Shown here: in pieces, positions 1-17,200 of the stretch
Layout of the letters: each line of letters opens with the position of its first letter
How positions within the stretch are numbered: the stretch's first letter is position 1
Assembly (NCBI GenBank): GCA_951406725.2
Contig: OX597828.1
Span: 75,950,001 to 76,014,000 of the forward strand
Reading direction: 5' to 3'
Length of the DNA: 64,000 bases
Origin: Octopus vulgaris
Lineage: Eukaryota
Notes under the pieces: model-generated
What the model saw: only the letters and a program-made list of their open reading frames with translations
Databases searched by the model: none
Told to the model about the DNA's origin: nothing
Program-made: the position numbers and the translations under genes

Positions 1-231
1 CTTCTGTACCAATCTTGAAAAGCTTGGGTTCACCCAACATGAAGTATATCTCTTATAGAAGATTACTCCTTCAAGATGTCCAAAGTAGGAAAAAAATTAT
101 AAAACATTTGTGTAGTTCAGCATGTTATAAGAGATCACGTGCAAAACTACTCATGATTGTGCCCATGTATACATGCGCATGTAGATGTGTTGATGCATGC
201 GTACATGTATATAGATTCGCATATATGTTGA

Positions 232-488
232 GGCGCGTGGCCTAGTGGCTAAGTTGTTGGACTCATGATCGTAAAGTGGTGGTTTCGATTGCTGAATCGG
301 GCGACGCGTTGTGTTCTTGCACAAACACTTCATTTCACGTTGCTCCGGCCGTCTCAGCAGGCAAGAATGAGTAACCCTACGATGAACCAGTGTCCCGTCC
401 AGGTGGGGATGTATATACACCATATAGTCCGGAGTACCAGCCCTTATGAGTCGGTATGATTCGAAAAGGTAACCTTTACCTTTACTTT
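232..488 (+). mobile_element. tRNA-derived SINE (family B)
   Basis: A-box TGGCCTAGTGG, B-box-like GGTTTCGATTGC, 3' tail of (TTTACC)-like repeats. A decayed relative lies at ~38710-38870. Confidence 0.75.
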
Positions 489-500
489 TATATATGTATG

Positions 501-843
501 GTGGAGGCGCAATGGCCCAGTGGTTAGGGCAGCTGACTCGCGGTCGTAGGATCGCGGTTTCGATTCACAGACTGGGCGTTCTGAGTGTTTATTGAGCGAA
601 AACACCTAAGAGCTCCACAAGGCTCCGGCGGGGGTTGGTGGCGAACCCTGCTGCACTCTTTTACCACAACTTCTCTCACTATTTCTTCCAGTTTCTGTTG
701 TACCTCTATTTCAAAAGGGTCAGCCTTATCACACCCTGTGTCACGCTGAATCTCCCCACTTGCACGATAATTTCACGAGCAGGCTGTTCCGTTGATCGGA
801 TCCAACTGGAACCCTCGTCGTCGTAACCGACGGAGTGCCACGG
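501..843 (+). mobile_element. tRNA-derived SINE (family C, octopus OR-type-like)
   Basis: Head GGAGGCGCAATGGCCCAGTGGTTAGGGCAGCTGACTCGCGG...GGTTTCGATTC with A/B boxes and a ~340-bp GC-richer body, set in TA/TG-rich flanks. Confidence 0.75.
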
Positions 844-1082
844 CATATGTATGCATAATTGGACGACGCTTAGTTCTCAGTTAGAAATTGGTTCATTCTC
901 CATTTGTAAGGAATTCGAAAAAGCCAAGACGCACATACATACTTACACACACATGGATACGTACATACATAACTACATACACGTAGACGTACGTATTCAA
1001 GTATATGTTTGTGTGAGTGGGTTTCTGTGTTTGTAGATGGGCATACATTCAGACAAACACACATACACACACATACATAAAT

Positions 1083-1395
1083 GCATGAAAGATTAAGCTT
1101 ACATAGATACAAAGGTATGCGTTTGTGTTTCGCACACACGTACACTTACACAAGCACGCACACAAACACACAAATACTCACAAACACACACATATACATA
1201 CATGAAATCTTACGTAAATTCAAAGGATACTTGTTTGTTTCGCACACACGTACAAACATACGGAAACACACACACACTCACAGACCACATACATACATAC
1301 ATACATACATACATACATACAAGAAATCTTACGTAGATTCAAAGGGTACTTGTGTGTTTCGCGCACACATACACACACACAAACACACACACGCA
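1083..1395 (+). repeat. ~120-bp degenerate minisatellite, 3 units
   Basis: CTTAC(A/G)TA(G/A)AT(A/T)CAAAGG...TGTTTCGC(A/G)CACAC recurs at ~1098, ~1209 and ~1328, separated by CA-rich spacers. Confidence 0.7.
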
Positions 1396-1711
1396 CAGTA
1401 AATACACATAGACATACACCCTATACTGTTGGTTGGGGAGATTGCCGCGGAAAAACAATGGCTTCAATGACAACCTGTCTTCCTGGTTTCCACTGACAAG
1501 TGTGAAAGAAGCCCGAAGCAATGCAATGATTCTCAGACAATAATTCATTGAGACAGTCGCAGGTGATTTACATCTGATGCAGCAACAGAAGAACCTACAA
1601 CAACAACGCTTCATCCATTAAACAAATTTGATTCAATATTTTATGGGTTCAAATCCCGTGATATGCAATAACCCATTTAGTCTTCGAAAAGGCCGATGGA
1701 ATAAATATCAG

Positions 1712-3955
<2,244 letters not shown>

Positions 3956-4296
3956 GTGGCTCTCATGGCTTCTGATCTTAACTGATTGAAAGTGTTATCA
4001 TGTACATTGTTTTGTCTTGGTATTAAAAGATGGGCTACAGCAAATATTCTGCTCCTTACCAGATTTGCTCGTCAGTTGTTTGACCGTAACCAGTTGAGCA
4101 TGTCCCTTAGTGGATGACGATATGTGCATCTCTGACCACGAGTATATCGACCCCAGTGCGTAACTGGTACTAATTTAATCGACCCCGAAAGGATGGAAGG
4201 CAAAGTCGACCTCAGCGGAATTTGAACTCAGAACATAGCGGCAGACGAAATACCGCTAAGCATTTCGCCCGGCGTGCTAATGATTCTGCCTGCTCG
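3956..4296 (-). mobile_element. SINE with Nin-type domain (family D) plus adjoining repeat body
   Basis: Minus strand reads GTTCTGAGTTCAAATTCCGCTGAGGTCGACTTTGCCTTCCATCCTTTCGGGGTCGATTAAATTAGTACCAG (B-box plus Nin-like domain). Near-identical to copies at 45175, 50085 and 59561. Confidence 0.8.
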
Positions 4297-4764
4297 AAGG
4301 TGATGATGTTGACAATGTCAAATGATCTCCGATGTAGAATCGATTTTTATCAATGACGTAATTTTGCCTTCTATCATAGGTATAAAACCACAAACATTGG
4401 CAGGAGACAATCGGTTAAAGCGTCCCTTGTGTATTTCGGGCAATTCATTTTATTTACCTCGGATATATTGCAAAATAAATTTGATTTTAGCTGAATTTGA
4501 AATCAAAACATAAACGACACAAAAATCTTTTACGATGTTCAATCGATCCTGTAATCTAAAACCTTAAATGGATCATGCAATATTGCTTCCAGCTTAGGCA
4601 CGAGGCTCGGTATGTGTAAGGAATGAGGGAAGTCACTTGGGATCTAGCACAATTCAGGTATTAAATTTTCCCGACCCCAGGAAGACCAACATATAATAAC
4701 CTAGACTACATGGTATCATGGTAAGGGATAACAATGAGAGAACGGGAAGGGCTGACATGAGAAG

Positions 4765-5002
4765 CAGCGGAGACGGTTTATTGGCCAAGTTCTTGGAGTA
4801 CGGCAGGGGTGACATGCTACCGTCCTAAAGGAATGCAAGCTGACAAGAGGAAAGTAACCGAAGAGAAGACCAAGGAAGATATGCCGCAGTACATTCCGGG
4901 TCGATAAGATAGCTACGGGTGCTGTCTGAAGGGGAACCAGGAGAAAGGCGAGTAATTGATATGTCAGGAGAAGGCTCGTAGCCTGTTGTTCAAAGACGGG
5001 GG

Positions 5003-5008
<6 letters not shown>
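4765..5008 (+). pseudogene. Highly decayed RTE-clade LINE 3' end
   Basis: Translates QRRRFIGQVLG...RGK*PKRRPRKICRSTFRVD...RRRLVACCS, matching the RTE C-terminal pattern RR.RF.GHVL...GKR.RGRP.KTW..TF..D...WR.LV..C. Confidence 0.55.
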
Positions 5009-5054
<46 letters not shown>

Positions 5055-6763
5055 CAGCCAATGAGAGCTAGGTATCGAACCCAGGATATGAAGAGCCATA
5101 GCAAAATGATACATGGTTAAACAAGTTATACCATTCACCAATTTAATATGAGGCTAACCAACAACGGTGAATTGCAGTATGGATATGTCTATCTTGGCCC
5201 TGTATAATATCAAACCTACGTTGATGACGATTACTAATTTCCTGATGAAGTTAAAGAAATATCAGTGATATACACGAGCTGCTTGAGCATTTCTAGCTGC
5301 ACTTGCCCGAAAAACAAAGAATATTCATCGTCGAAATCGACGGAGATTATTTTAAACGAGTCAATAGACACAAGAAGTACATAACCTTTAGATATAAACA
5401 CAAGACTTGTTAGACTTGCATAGCCTACACATACATACATACATACATACATACATACATACATACATACATACATACATACATAAATATATATATATAT
5501 ATATATTTATACACACACACACCCATATGATATATATGTATATATATGTGTGTGTGTATATATATGTGTGCTTGTGTATGTATATAAAGTGTTGAGTGTT
5601 ATCTATAAATTTATGAATGTTTTATAAGGTCTTCACAGCGAGTGTTGCGTTAATTAAGAAGAAGTTAAGTAATCAGCGAAAATAATTAGAAAAAAATGAT
5701 AGAAGCAGAGATAAAACCGTTGTTCTTATCTTGAATCCTTACTCTGCAGAATCGATTGTTTCGAAGTTGACTATTTCACTACTGGCGAATATTGAACTTG
5801 GTGCAATATATTTGACAACATCTACGAAAATATCATTCTGCTTCTATTTCTATTTCTATCTCACGCGTTTTCTCTACTCCCTCCCCCACCCTCTCCTTCC
5901 CCTTATATATATATATGTGTGTGTGTATGTGTGTGTGTATGTGTGTGTGTGTGTGTATAACAGTTACTGAGAAACTGTAACGACATAGTAATAAACACCG
6001 TATGCGTGCATGTGTGTATATGAGTATCTTCCAGTGCATGCATGCATGCATGTGTGTGTGTGTGTGAGTGTGTGTGTATGTGTGTATATTTATATTTCTG
6101 TGTGTGTGCTGTTATACAAAAGGTAATATTTTTTTGCATTCTCAAATACTGAAATACATTTCAAGGTAAAGATAATTTTATGATTATTATAATTATTGTT
6201 GTTGTATTTGCTGTCTTGCTTCCCATCGGCGTTGAGAGAGAAGACTCATCTTTGATGAAATGCGCTCCACATGTGACCATCCCTGTGTTGCATCTTAACG
6301 CACAATGACTACCAATACGTTAAGCAACACCCTTCTACCTGCATCGCATTCCTACTGCATCCATCCTGGCTTCGTAAGCTTTATCTACGTCTGTATTATT
6401 TCTTATGATCTTTCCTTCGTTGAGACGAGAGAATATCACTGCAGAGAGATGTGGTTGCTATTAACAGCTGGTCTTGACAAGGCAGAGAGAATCAATGTGG
6501 AAGAATGTAACAATTACAACGTGACGCTCTCTGAAGCATAAGGACACTTATTTACAGCAGACAATTTCTCCCGTTTGTTATTCCAGCAATATTATCTAAT
6601 CATTTAAATCTGGATGCATGATATACATAATAACAACAATAACAACAACAACAACAATAACAATAATAACAATAATAATGATGATGATGGTGATGATAAT
6701 CGAATCGTGCTCTTCGTCTTGGCTGTTTGCCTTTGTGAAGAGTTACGTAAATCCTTTTTTAAA

Positions 6764-6827
<64 letters not shown>

Positions 6828-6856
6828 GCACTAAACTAAATAATAATAATAATAAT

Positions 6857-7692
6857 ACTGCACTAAACTAAACGCAAAAGAAATAGACAAAGAAAAATCC
6901 CAGCAATGGTTGAGAAGCTCAGGACTCAAAGCAGAAGCAGAGGGATTTTTAATTGCAGCACAAGACCAAAGCCTCCCCACCAGAAATTACCAAAAACATG
7001 TAATGAAAAGAAATATTACAAGTAACTGCAGAATATGTGGAGATGGACAAGAAACAATAAATCATATTATCTCTAGCTGCCCAGTCCTGGTTAAGAAGGA
7101 ATATATTCACAGACATGACAGAGTTGGAACCTACATACACTGGAAGCTATGCCAACATTATGGAATAACAACAGAAAAAAGATGGTATAGACACACACCA
7201 GAAAAGGTCACAGAAAACGAGAAAGCAACCATACTCTGGGATATGCCGTTACACACAGATAGAGAAATTAAGGCCAACAGACCAGATATAGTTGTCAGAG
7301 ATCATGAAGAAAAAAATGCTTTCTAATTGATGTATCAATACCGGCAGATGACAACGTGTCTCTAAAAGAAATGGAGAAACTCTCAAAATACAAAGAACTG
7401 GAAATAGAGGTAACTAGAATGTGGAATCTGAAAACAGAAACAATTCCTATCATAGTAGGTGCATTAGGCATGATAAAAAAATATTCAGACAAATACATAA
7501 CAAAAACACCAGGACTTACAAACACATATAACATACAGAAAATTGCACTACTAGGCACTGCACACATCCTACGCAGAACACTTTCCATACCATAACCATC
7601 AGAGCATCACAAAAAATCACAGCACATACCCAAGGAACACAGAGCTGCGCTCGGTAGTGAAGTGAAAGCACGCTATAAAAATAAAACTACTG
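6857..7692 (+). mobile_element. 5'-truncated R4/Dong-type non-LTR retrotransposon (CCHC knuckle + restriction-like endonuclease) in a (TAA)n array
   Basis: WLRSSGLKAEAEGFLIAAQDQ, CRICG...ETINHIISSC, RHD, KANRPDIV, then after a frameshift at ~7310 IDVSIP...EKLSKYKEL...IPIIVGALG. Stop at 7595, ~100-bp 3'UTR, (TAA)n on both flanks. Confidence 0.9.
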
Positions 7693-7724
7693 AATAATAA
7701 TAATAATAATAATAACAATTACCA

Positions 7725-8016
7725 GTAGGCTGTTGCTTTGATGAAGATATAGGGTAGGAACAGTATCTTGGAAAAAGTTTGAATTACAAGTGATAGACCG
7801 GAGAACACGTAAATTAATGACAACGAACAAAGGACTTCACCCCAAGAGTGACGTGTGAAGATTGTATGTAAAGAGGAAAGAAGGAGGATATGTTGTGAAG
7901 GAGAATAGCTTGGCTTGGTATGTCAAGGGGAGCAAAGAAGAAATGATTGAAGCAGTGAAAATGCAGGGAACCTTAAAAGTGAACGAAGCCGTGGATCTAA
8001 TACAAATTAAGAAAGG

Positions 8017-8091
<75 letters not shown>

Positions 8092-8342
8092 AGATGAAGA
8101 AAACTTGGCAGGACAAGAAAATGCACAGTCAGTTCATGAAGAATAAAGATGATATTGACTGGAATAGAAGCTGGTAATGGCAGCAGAAAGGAGACTTCAA
8201 AGAGCCCAGTGAGACATTAGTGTGCAGCGCTCAAGAGAACAAGCTCTTAGAAAAAACTACTCCAGATATCACATTGATAAAAGTACTGCCTCGCCATAGT
8301 GTAGGATGTGCTTTGAGAAAGGAGAAAGTATAAACCATATTG
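7725..8342 (+). pseudogene. Older, divergent R4/Dong-type LINE fragment (RT thumb to Zn knuckle)
   Basis: ELQVIDRRTRKLMTTNKGLHPKSDV*RLYVKRKEGG ... WQDKKMHSQF ... ETLVCSAQE ... CRMCFEKGESINHI, with stops and a (GA)n insertion. Confidence 0.75.
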
Positions 8343-8412
8343 ATCTTATGCTGCAGTTGAAAATTCTTCAGTCTCTGCTTTGAGTCGTGAGATTCTCAGC
8401 CATAGTTAGGAT

Positions 8413-8414
<2 letters not shown>
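8341..8414 (-). pseudogene. Short inverted R4/Dong fragment
   Basis: Minus strand gives KS*LWLRISRLKAETEEFSTAA*D, homologous to KSQQWLRSSGLKAEAEGFLIAAQD at 6895-6966. It abuts a (TTA)n tract. Confidence 0.65.
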
Positions 8415-8443
<29 letters not shown>

Positions 8444-8537
8444 TATTATAACACAACCCGGCTTCTGTAGCAGCGATCATTTCCGAACCCGGAACCACAT
8501 GGCTACGGGTTCAGTCGCATTGCCTGGCCCCTTAGGC

Positions 8538-8619
<82 letters not shown>

Positions 8620-8820
8620 CAGGTCTATGCTGTTTCCGCATCCTCATGTCTTGTGTTAACTTTGAATTTTATAGCTATATAATGCTATTAAACCAGGTGA
8701 ACCGCCTGTATTACAGATGTAAATTTTTAAGGATTTAAGGATTTAAGGATCATCATTTAAAAATATTAACTGCAGATGATATTATGAGTAGTGATATCTC
8801 ACTTCGTGAGTGAAGACGCG

Positions 8821-10280
<1,460 letters not shown>

Positions 10281-11334
10281 ATACATAATTGTTGCATTTT
10301 GTCTTGTGACTTAATGGCAAAGTGGAAATCTGGTAAAGCTGAAGTTTTCAGAAGCAGAATTCAACCAGGTAACACACACATAATAATTGGATTCTGTAAG
10401 CGAAACAGTAATGTTATGCAAAACTTTTCTTATATTCAAAGCATGAATTTGTTTTGCATCTACATTTTAAAAAAACAGGAACTTTCTATCTTTGTTAGAA
10501 ATCAGTCTCAGTTCCTTCCTTAGAATGACTTCAATTTATTTAAAAATAGAATGGAGAACATTCCTACATGGAGAACATTCGTATATGCATACATGCATAC
10601 ATGTATACATACATACATACATACATACATACATACATACATACATACATACATACGTACGTACATACATACATCATCTTAAGAGCCGTAAACTGACTGT
10701 AAAATGGTGCGTTAGCTGAACCCCTCCTTCACATCAGCAGCATAGAAAGTCACTATTTTCATTGTTATTTCACCCCCACATGAACACACCATCATATATC
10801 ATAAACAAAGAAACATTTTGTGTACGGTATTGTAATATTCAAATTTATTTCTGTTCACTTTTACACTTTGATGTACATATTATGGGTTTGTTTCAACAAT
10901 GAGGAGCCGTCAGAAGTTTATATAATATAGATATATAAATACATATATGTATGTATGTATTTTCTTTTAAGCTCTTAGGAGAGTTTCATTTAAATTCTTA
11001 AGTTCAAGCCGGTCGCTATAAAAGCGACAGGACTTTTGGGTTAAGATTTTCCGTTTGAAAGCATGTGGTCGAGTTGTGTGTTGGTTGAGGTGTTGATGCA
11101 CACACCCATGGGTGTGTACATCTCTACCCCTAAAGAATCTCAGAAGAAGAATCCCTGGAATGTCTTACAAATATTCCTTGCGCAACAAATAGATTGGATT
11201 TGGAGAATCTGCGCCCGTTTATATTGTTCTTTCTTCGGAAAGCATTTAATATATAACTTTTTGTGTATACTCGTTGGTACACACGCTAATGCAAATGAGA
11301 ATTTATAGTCAACGTATGTATGTATGTATGTCAT

Positions 11335-12265
11335 AGTTCAGTTTTATTTCAATATTTCTTGCCAATACAGAAAGAGCCGGTCTCTAACCTTGATCTAAGG
11401 CTCCCTCATTGGAATTCCAACATCAGCAACAGGTATTTTAGTATGCATTTAGTATGCATTTCGAGTGCTACTGGTAACATGTAACCCAGTACAACATGTT
11501 GCATGGTCGCGTCGTCGGCGACTAAACTGGCAACCCCACCAAGTTTGATTGGTGAGGAGGGTGTTTATTGGACACCCTGCGGGATGAAAAACAAAACCCG
11601 TCAAAGGGCGGAGGAACTCTTGAGTGTCAAATGTCATCCAATAAATGTCTTAAAGCTGTATCATGCGCGGGGACATAGAAATAATCGGACTGAATACCCG
11701 ATCGCGCGGTTAAACCATTGGGAGTGAAGGACTCCTAGACTTTGTTAGGGCATCCTTCTAGGAGAAGGTGACTCAGGTAACTGGGATAACTCCAATATAA
11801 AACCTGCTGCTCAGTGGTTACCGATGATGTTGACTTGTTCTTCTTTTCGGATTATGGCTGCTGTTGCTTAGTGAGTGGGATTGTCTCAGTGCTCAGCCTT
11901 TCCTCACTTTAAAAGAAAATCTTCTTGCACAGGCATTGCACGATAACGACATTGACTAAGCTTCGTGCAATGGCCATACTCGATAACGAGGGGGCAGCCA
12001 CCATGTATATGTGCAAATTTGCATATTTTTCTTTATGTTTGCATTCTCATGCATATCTAGACATGTTCATATATATACTTAAATGATAACCTTCTGGAAA
12101 GTTTTACAAATTTTGATGGATTGGATCCATAGTCTTCGAATAATTGCATATCTAGACATGCTCTTATATATTTAAATGATAAACTTCTGGAAAGTCTTAC
12201 AAATTTTTACAGTTCCGGTGATGGATTAGATATGTATTAGCTTTCTCGTTCCTGGTTCTGAGAAT
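11335..12265 (-). mobile_element. Interspersed repeat, probably a PLE-like end, interrupted by the element at 11462-12003
   Basis: Degenerate HHR-like motif at 11370-11416 (minus) near a TA/TG tract, and an internal tandem duplication (TGCATATCTAGACATG...CTTCTGGAAAGT at ~12050 and ~12144). Continuity across the nested insertion is inferred. Confidence 0.4.
11462..12003 (+). mobile_element. Non-coding, non-autonomous retroposon (RTE-UTR-like), copy 1, intronless form
   Basis: High identity to 25640-26413. Contains CTAGGAGAAGGT(G/A)ACTC, reminiscent of RTE 5'UTRs. Both copies share the 3' end GATAACGAGGGGGCAGCCA before AT-rich sequence. Confidence 0.75.
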
Positions 12266-13762
12266 GTGTGTATGTATGTATGTATGTACGTATGTAGGCA
12301 TGTACTACGTATATATGTATATATGTTTGAATGTTTGTGTGCGCGCGCGTGTGTGTATCTATGTATGTACATACATATGTAAGTGTGTATAGTTATGGAA
12401 CAAGCTATTTTTTTACGAACGTAGATCACTTAATATACACTATTTCAAAATAGATTTAAATATATATATATATGTGTGTGTGTGTGTCTGTGTCTGTCTG
12501 TGTGTGTGTGTGTAAATTAAAATTTCAAATATGCCAGACAAGCCGAAGAGCGATAAGTTAGAGAGGGATTGCTTGTAAACCGGAAAATAAATAAATAGTC
12601 TATATCTCTAAAAAAAATACGGAAGTAGATTACCTTCAATGCGAAGACTTTTACACAGAAGCAAATTCTACATCTTTCACGCACAGAGAGGTTCACACAT
12701 ACCACACACATATAGGGGTGTCTGTGAGTAAGTTTACCCATGCGTGTATCTTTATCTATCTGTATATCCATCAGTCTTTATCGATGTATATTCGAAATCA
12801 TTTGGTTTATACTGAAATCTTAGAACATAATTCACATTTGTACGCTTAACGCACGTTCAAAATTATATTTCCGTATACACAGATAGACACGCGTTATTTC
12901 TGTGTGCGTATGTTGGATTATGTTACTGTCTTGTATGTGTGTATGTACATATATGTATATGTACGTATGTATGCGTGTATGCAAACACACACACATATAT
13001 ATAAATTATATATATATGTATGTATATATATGTGTGTGTGTGTATGTATTTATGTATTTATAAATACATGTGTGTATAGCGCGCGTGTTTTTGTGTATAT
13101 TTACAAGTATTGTACATCTTATACGAGTAGTATAGCCATGCATATACAGAAGCACATGCGGACATGTTGCAGGAAGCTCGCGTGTGTGTATTTGGGAAAA
13201 ATTGAAATGGACAATTTCTTAACCCTTTTCTAAAGCAACACGTAAACCTGATATCAATCGTAGCTTTTGAAATCAAAGAATCTACAAAGAATAGCTTCTC
13301 TTTCATTCTCCGCCGTTTGGTGACTGGTTCCATACCCGGTATTATAATCTCTCATGGAATAAATATATATATTAAACTTTGGATTTTACGACTTGTAAGA
13401 TTTATGCATAGAGCTATGGAATAGAAGCAGAATACATTTGACGCTTTTGAGGTTTATTAATGTTCCCTTAAGAGATGAAAAATTAAAGTTTCCAGTCCTG
13501 ATCCAGGCGAATGGCCCTTTTCTCGTCACGTTAGGTAATTCCTGTTCTGAAAGTTATACTATAACAACCAATTTCTTGCCTTTTAACTGTATTAAGTCGA
13601 TCCCATTGAGACGTCCGCTCTTCTCATCGAAATCCATTCCATTTTATGAGATTATTGGAAAGTTATTGTTATGTGATTAGTTTAGTTGGGGTACTGCCAA
13701 ATCTATGGGAAATTTATGTTTGTGATAAGATGTGAGATATCTGTGGCAATGTTCGTATTTAC

Positions 13763-13811
13763 CGTTCAAATCTTCATCCATTTCATATGGTTTCTCATGG
13801 CAGGCATTATT
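13763..13811 (-). CDS. Candidate 49-nt internal exon (NNACHEKPYEMDEDLN-G)
   Basis: Minus strand ttgcatcttttacag|AATAAT...TTGAACG|gtaaat. Only one frame is open, and the surroundings are non-repetitive. No homology recognised. Confidence 0.3.
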
Positions 13812-14232
13812 CTGTAAAAGATGCAATGTAATATATATGACACTGTATATTAAATGTATATGCTGAAGTTTAAAGCTATGAAGCAGTAACAAGTATTGCC
13901 AAAGAAAATACTTGCCTTGTGAGCAGTGTATAAAGGCTGAACATTAGATATTTTGATGATAGGAAAACATTGTTAAACGATGGTGTAGCCTCTACAGCTG
14001 TTGTTGTTGTTGTTGTTGATGTTGTTTAGCCACCGGTTAGTTTTGCTTCTGTAGGCCGATGATAAAAAGGAGAACAGCTGTAAATGTTTCGTTTTAATGT
14101 CAAGTTGAATGTACACGAGGCTACAATGTCAAGCAGGAATTACTCAACTTGTGATTTAGGAAAATTTACCCGGTATATCTTGCAGCGAGAACGACCATCT
14201 ACAATCTTTTTCTCTTCCTCTCGACCTGTCTC

Positions 14233-14274
<42 letters not shown>

Positions 14275-14415
14275 ACACAGAAGCACAGAAGCACGCACAC
14301 AAACAGGCAAAAAGACAAACACATGCGTGGAGTATCTTCGTGATTTGTATCGAAGTAATTCACGCTACAAGAATTTTTGACTCGAATGAAACACAACAAA
14401 CTACTCATTTTGAAA

Positions 14416-14475
<60 letters not shown>

Positions 14476-14623
14476 TTCTCTAATGTTCGATTAACTTGTA
14501 AGTAGAATGGTATTCCTCTGTAGACAGGTGTTCCTTTAATACACTTCTTAAACAGGATCAACATGATTAAAGTAACAAAGCCGGATCTTTGAATAACAGG
14601 TACAATCCAGATGGGACAGACGT

Positions 14624-14670
<47 letters not shown>

Positions 14671-15873
14671 AGGAGAGAGAGAGAGAGAGAGAAAGAAAAG
14701 AGTGAGAGAGGGCGTGAGATGGGTGCGGGGGAAAGTATTTTCTACTGAAGATCCGAAAATATAGGCATTCAAGAAAACATGTCGGAACTGACTTATGAGA
14801 GACTAGGAGAGAAGGAGAGAGGGTGTCTGGGAGGGGGAGAGGAGGAGAGAGAGCATGAGAGAGTGAGAGGGTAAGTGACAGAAAGAGAGAGAGAAAGAGG
14901 GAGAGCATGATAGAGAAAGGGAGAAGGGGGAGAGAAAGAGACAGAGAAACAGGGAGAAAGGGGAAGAGGATGTGTGTGAGAGAACGGGAGAGAGATGGTG
15001 AGAGAGTGAAAGAGAGGAGAAGGAGTGGGGGAAGGGTAACCCCAGAAATGGGACAGTTCTTTAGTAATGTACCCTGAACTATGACAAACGTTTATAATCT
15101 CAGCAGGACTAAATACCACAAGGAATTTTATCCCGGATGCTAGGGGATTTCTGCCGAACTGAAAATGATGACAATCCTGCTAATTAATTGTCTCGAACTG
15201 AAGAATATTTTAAACCTTGCGTTAAATTTTAAAAAAACATTATTCTGTTACAAGATACAGATGAGTGATTTCTGTAGAAGCTGTTGGCTTCTCGGGAAGT
15301 GTTTCATTACACAAAACCCCCTTTTAACAAGAAATTCTTTAGGGGTTCATATCGGTGTCGTATAACCCAAAGTAACTTTGATCTTGCAAGTGTTTCAATA
15401 AACAAAAATCCAGCTCTGATATTCCGACGTTTCTCTTGTTACTTTCTAATTGTTTTATTTTGTTTTGTTTTTAGCAGGAGTGAATCTGCGACTCCAAAAT
15501 TTAATGTCTTACCTGCATCTCACTATTTAAAGGTGATGAACTTTAATTCGAGGAAAATATGACTGCTATTTTTTGCAAGGTTGTTGACCACTTAGTTGTC
15601 CCATTGTTGACTCGCGATTAGGAGAGGATTGTAGCGGTATTCGTCGCTGCCATGTAGGAACTCTCATGCCTTTCATAGCATTAGATTTTGAACAAGGAAG
15701 GATATTGAGAAAGAAATGAGATGTTCAGCAGATAGAGACCCCTTTAGCAGCGAAATATTCTACAGAAAATCGTTGTGTAATCTCGAACTTTTCATCACCG
15801 AAACATGTAGCTTATTTCTGTATAATATTCGATTATCACAAAACCAACCACACGGATACGCACACACGCATGT

Positions 15874-15957
<84 letters not shown>

Positions 15958-16679
15958 ACACATACACACACACACTTACATAGATTTTTATATGTGTATT
16001 GATATGAATGTGCGTATGTGTGCATTTATGTATCAGGGTGTTTTATATGAGAAATGAAGTACTTGCAACTGTTTCTTAATTCTTTCCGCAGTCAAATTAA
16101 ATAGAGATAGAGTGTTGCGTGTGTATGGGCGTATGTAAGCAGTTACACATTCAGATAACTGGATGTAGGGACACAGGCTGATAGAGAGACAACTTGTTAG
16201 ACAGATAAATAGATAGAGATAGAGAGAGGGAGTGAGAGAGAAAGAAAGATAGATAAATAAATAGATAGGGAGATAGAGAGAGAGGAAGAGAGAGAAAGAT
16301 AGATAAATGAATAAATACATAGATAGATACATAGATAGATTGGTAGATGGCTGGATGGCTGCATGGATGGATAGACATACAGACAGACAAAGATAGAGAG
16401 ATGCAAACATACATAGTTAAATAGGTAGACAGAGGAATGAATGGACGTAGGACAAATAGATGGATGGAGAGAGAGAGTTGAATACATTCATGCAATACAG
16501 AGTTACACAGTTTCATGAATGAATAGATGGAAAATCGGATGGAGAGAATGATTGCTGGGTGGAGAGTTACGCATCATTCCATCCGTCCATCCGTCCATCC
16601 ATCCATATGTGTGTGTGTGTGTTGGGGTATGTATGTATCTGTAGATAGAAACTTAGGTGGCTGCATAGATTGATACAGA

Positions 16680-16686
16680 GATAGAT

Positions 16687-16735
<49 letters not shown>

Positions 16736-16744
16736 TAGACAGAC

Positions 16745-16777
<33 letters not shown>

Positions 16778-16844
16778 TATAGATAGATAGATAGATAGAT
16801 ATATAGATAGATAGATAGATAGGTAGATAGATAGATAGATAGAC

Positions 16845-16894
<50 letters not shown>

Positions 16895-16966
16895 ATAAAT
16901 AGATATATAGATAGATAGATAGATAGATAGATGGGTAAATAGAGATAGATAGATAGATAGAGATAG

Positions 16967-17027
<61 letters not shown>

Positions 17028-17048
17028 CAGATAGACAGATAGACAGAC

Positions 17049-17086
<38 letters not shown>

Positions 17087-17120
17087 ATAGGTAGATAGAC
17101 AGACAGACAGGTAGATAGAC

Positions 17121-17199
<79 letters not shown>

Positions 17200-17200
17200 C
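16680..17200 (+). repeat. (GATA)n/(GA)n microsatellite complex
   Basis: Seen directly. Similar arrays at 23700-23770, 38327-38703 and 62280-62538. Confidence 0.95.

Noticed and set aside
501-580. tRNA-like sequence
   Set aside because: It runs into a SINE body and lacks a clean cloverleaf and terminator, so it was called a SINE head.
5238-5270. CTGATGA...GAAATATC hammerhead-like string
   Set aside because: No helix I or helix II pairing, so probably chance.
11370-11416. HHR-like motif on the minus strand (CCAAUGA...GAGACCGGCU)
   Set aside because: G5, the GAAA box and the cleavage triplet are all altered. At best a dead relic.
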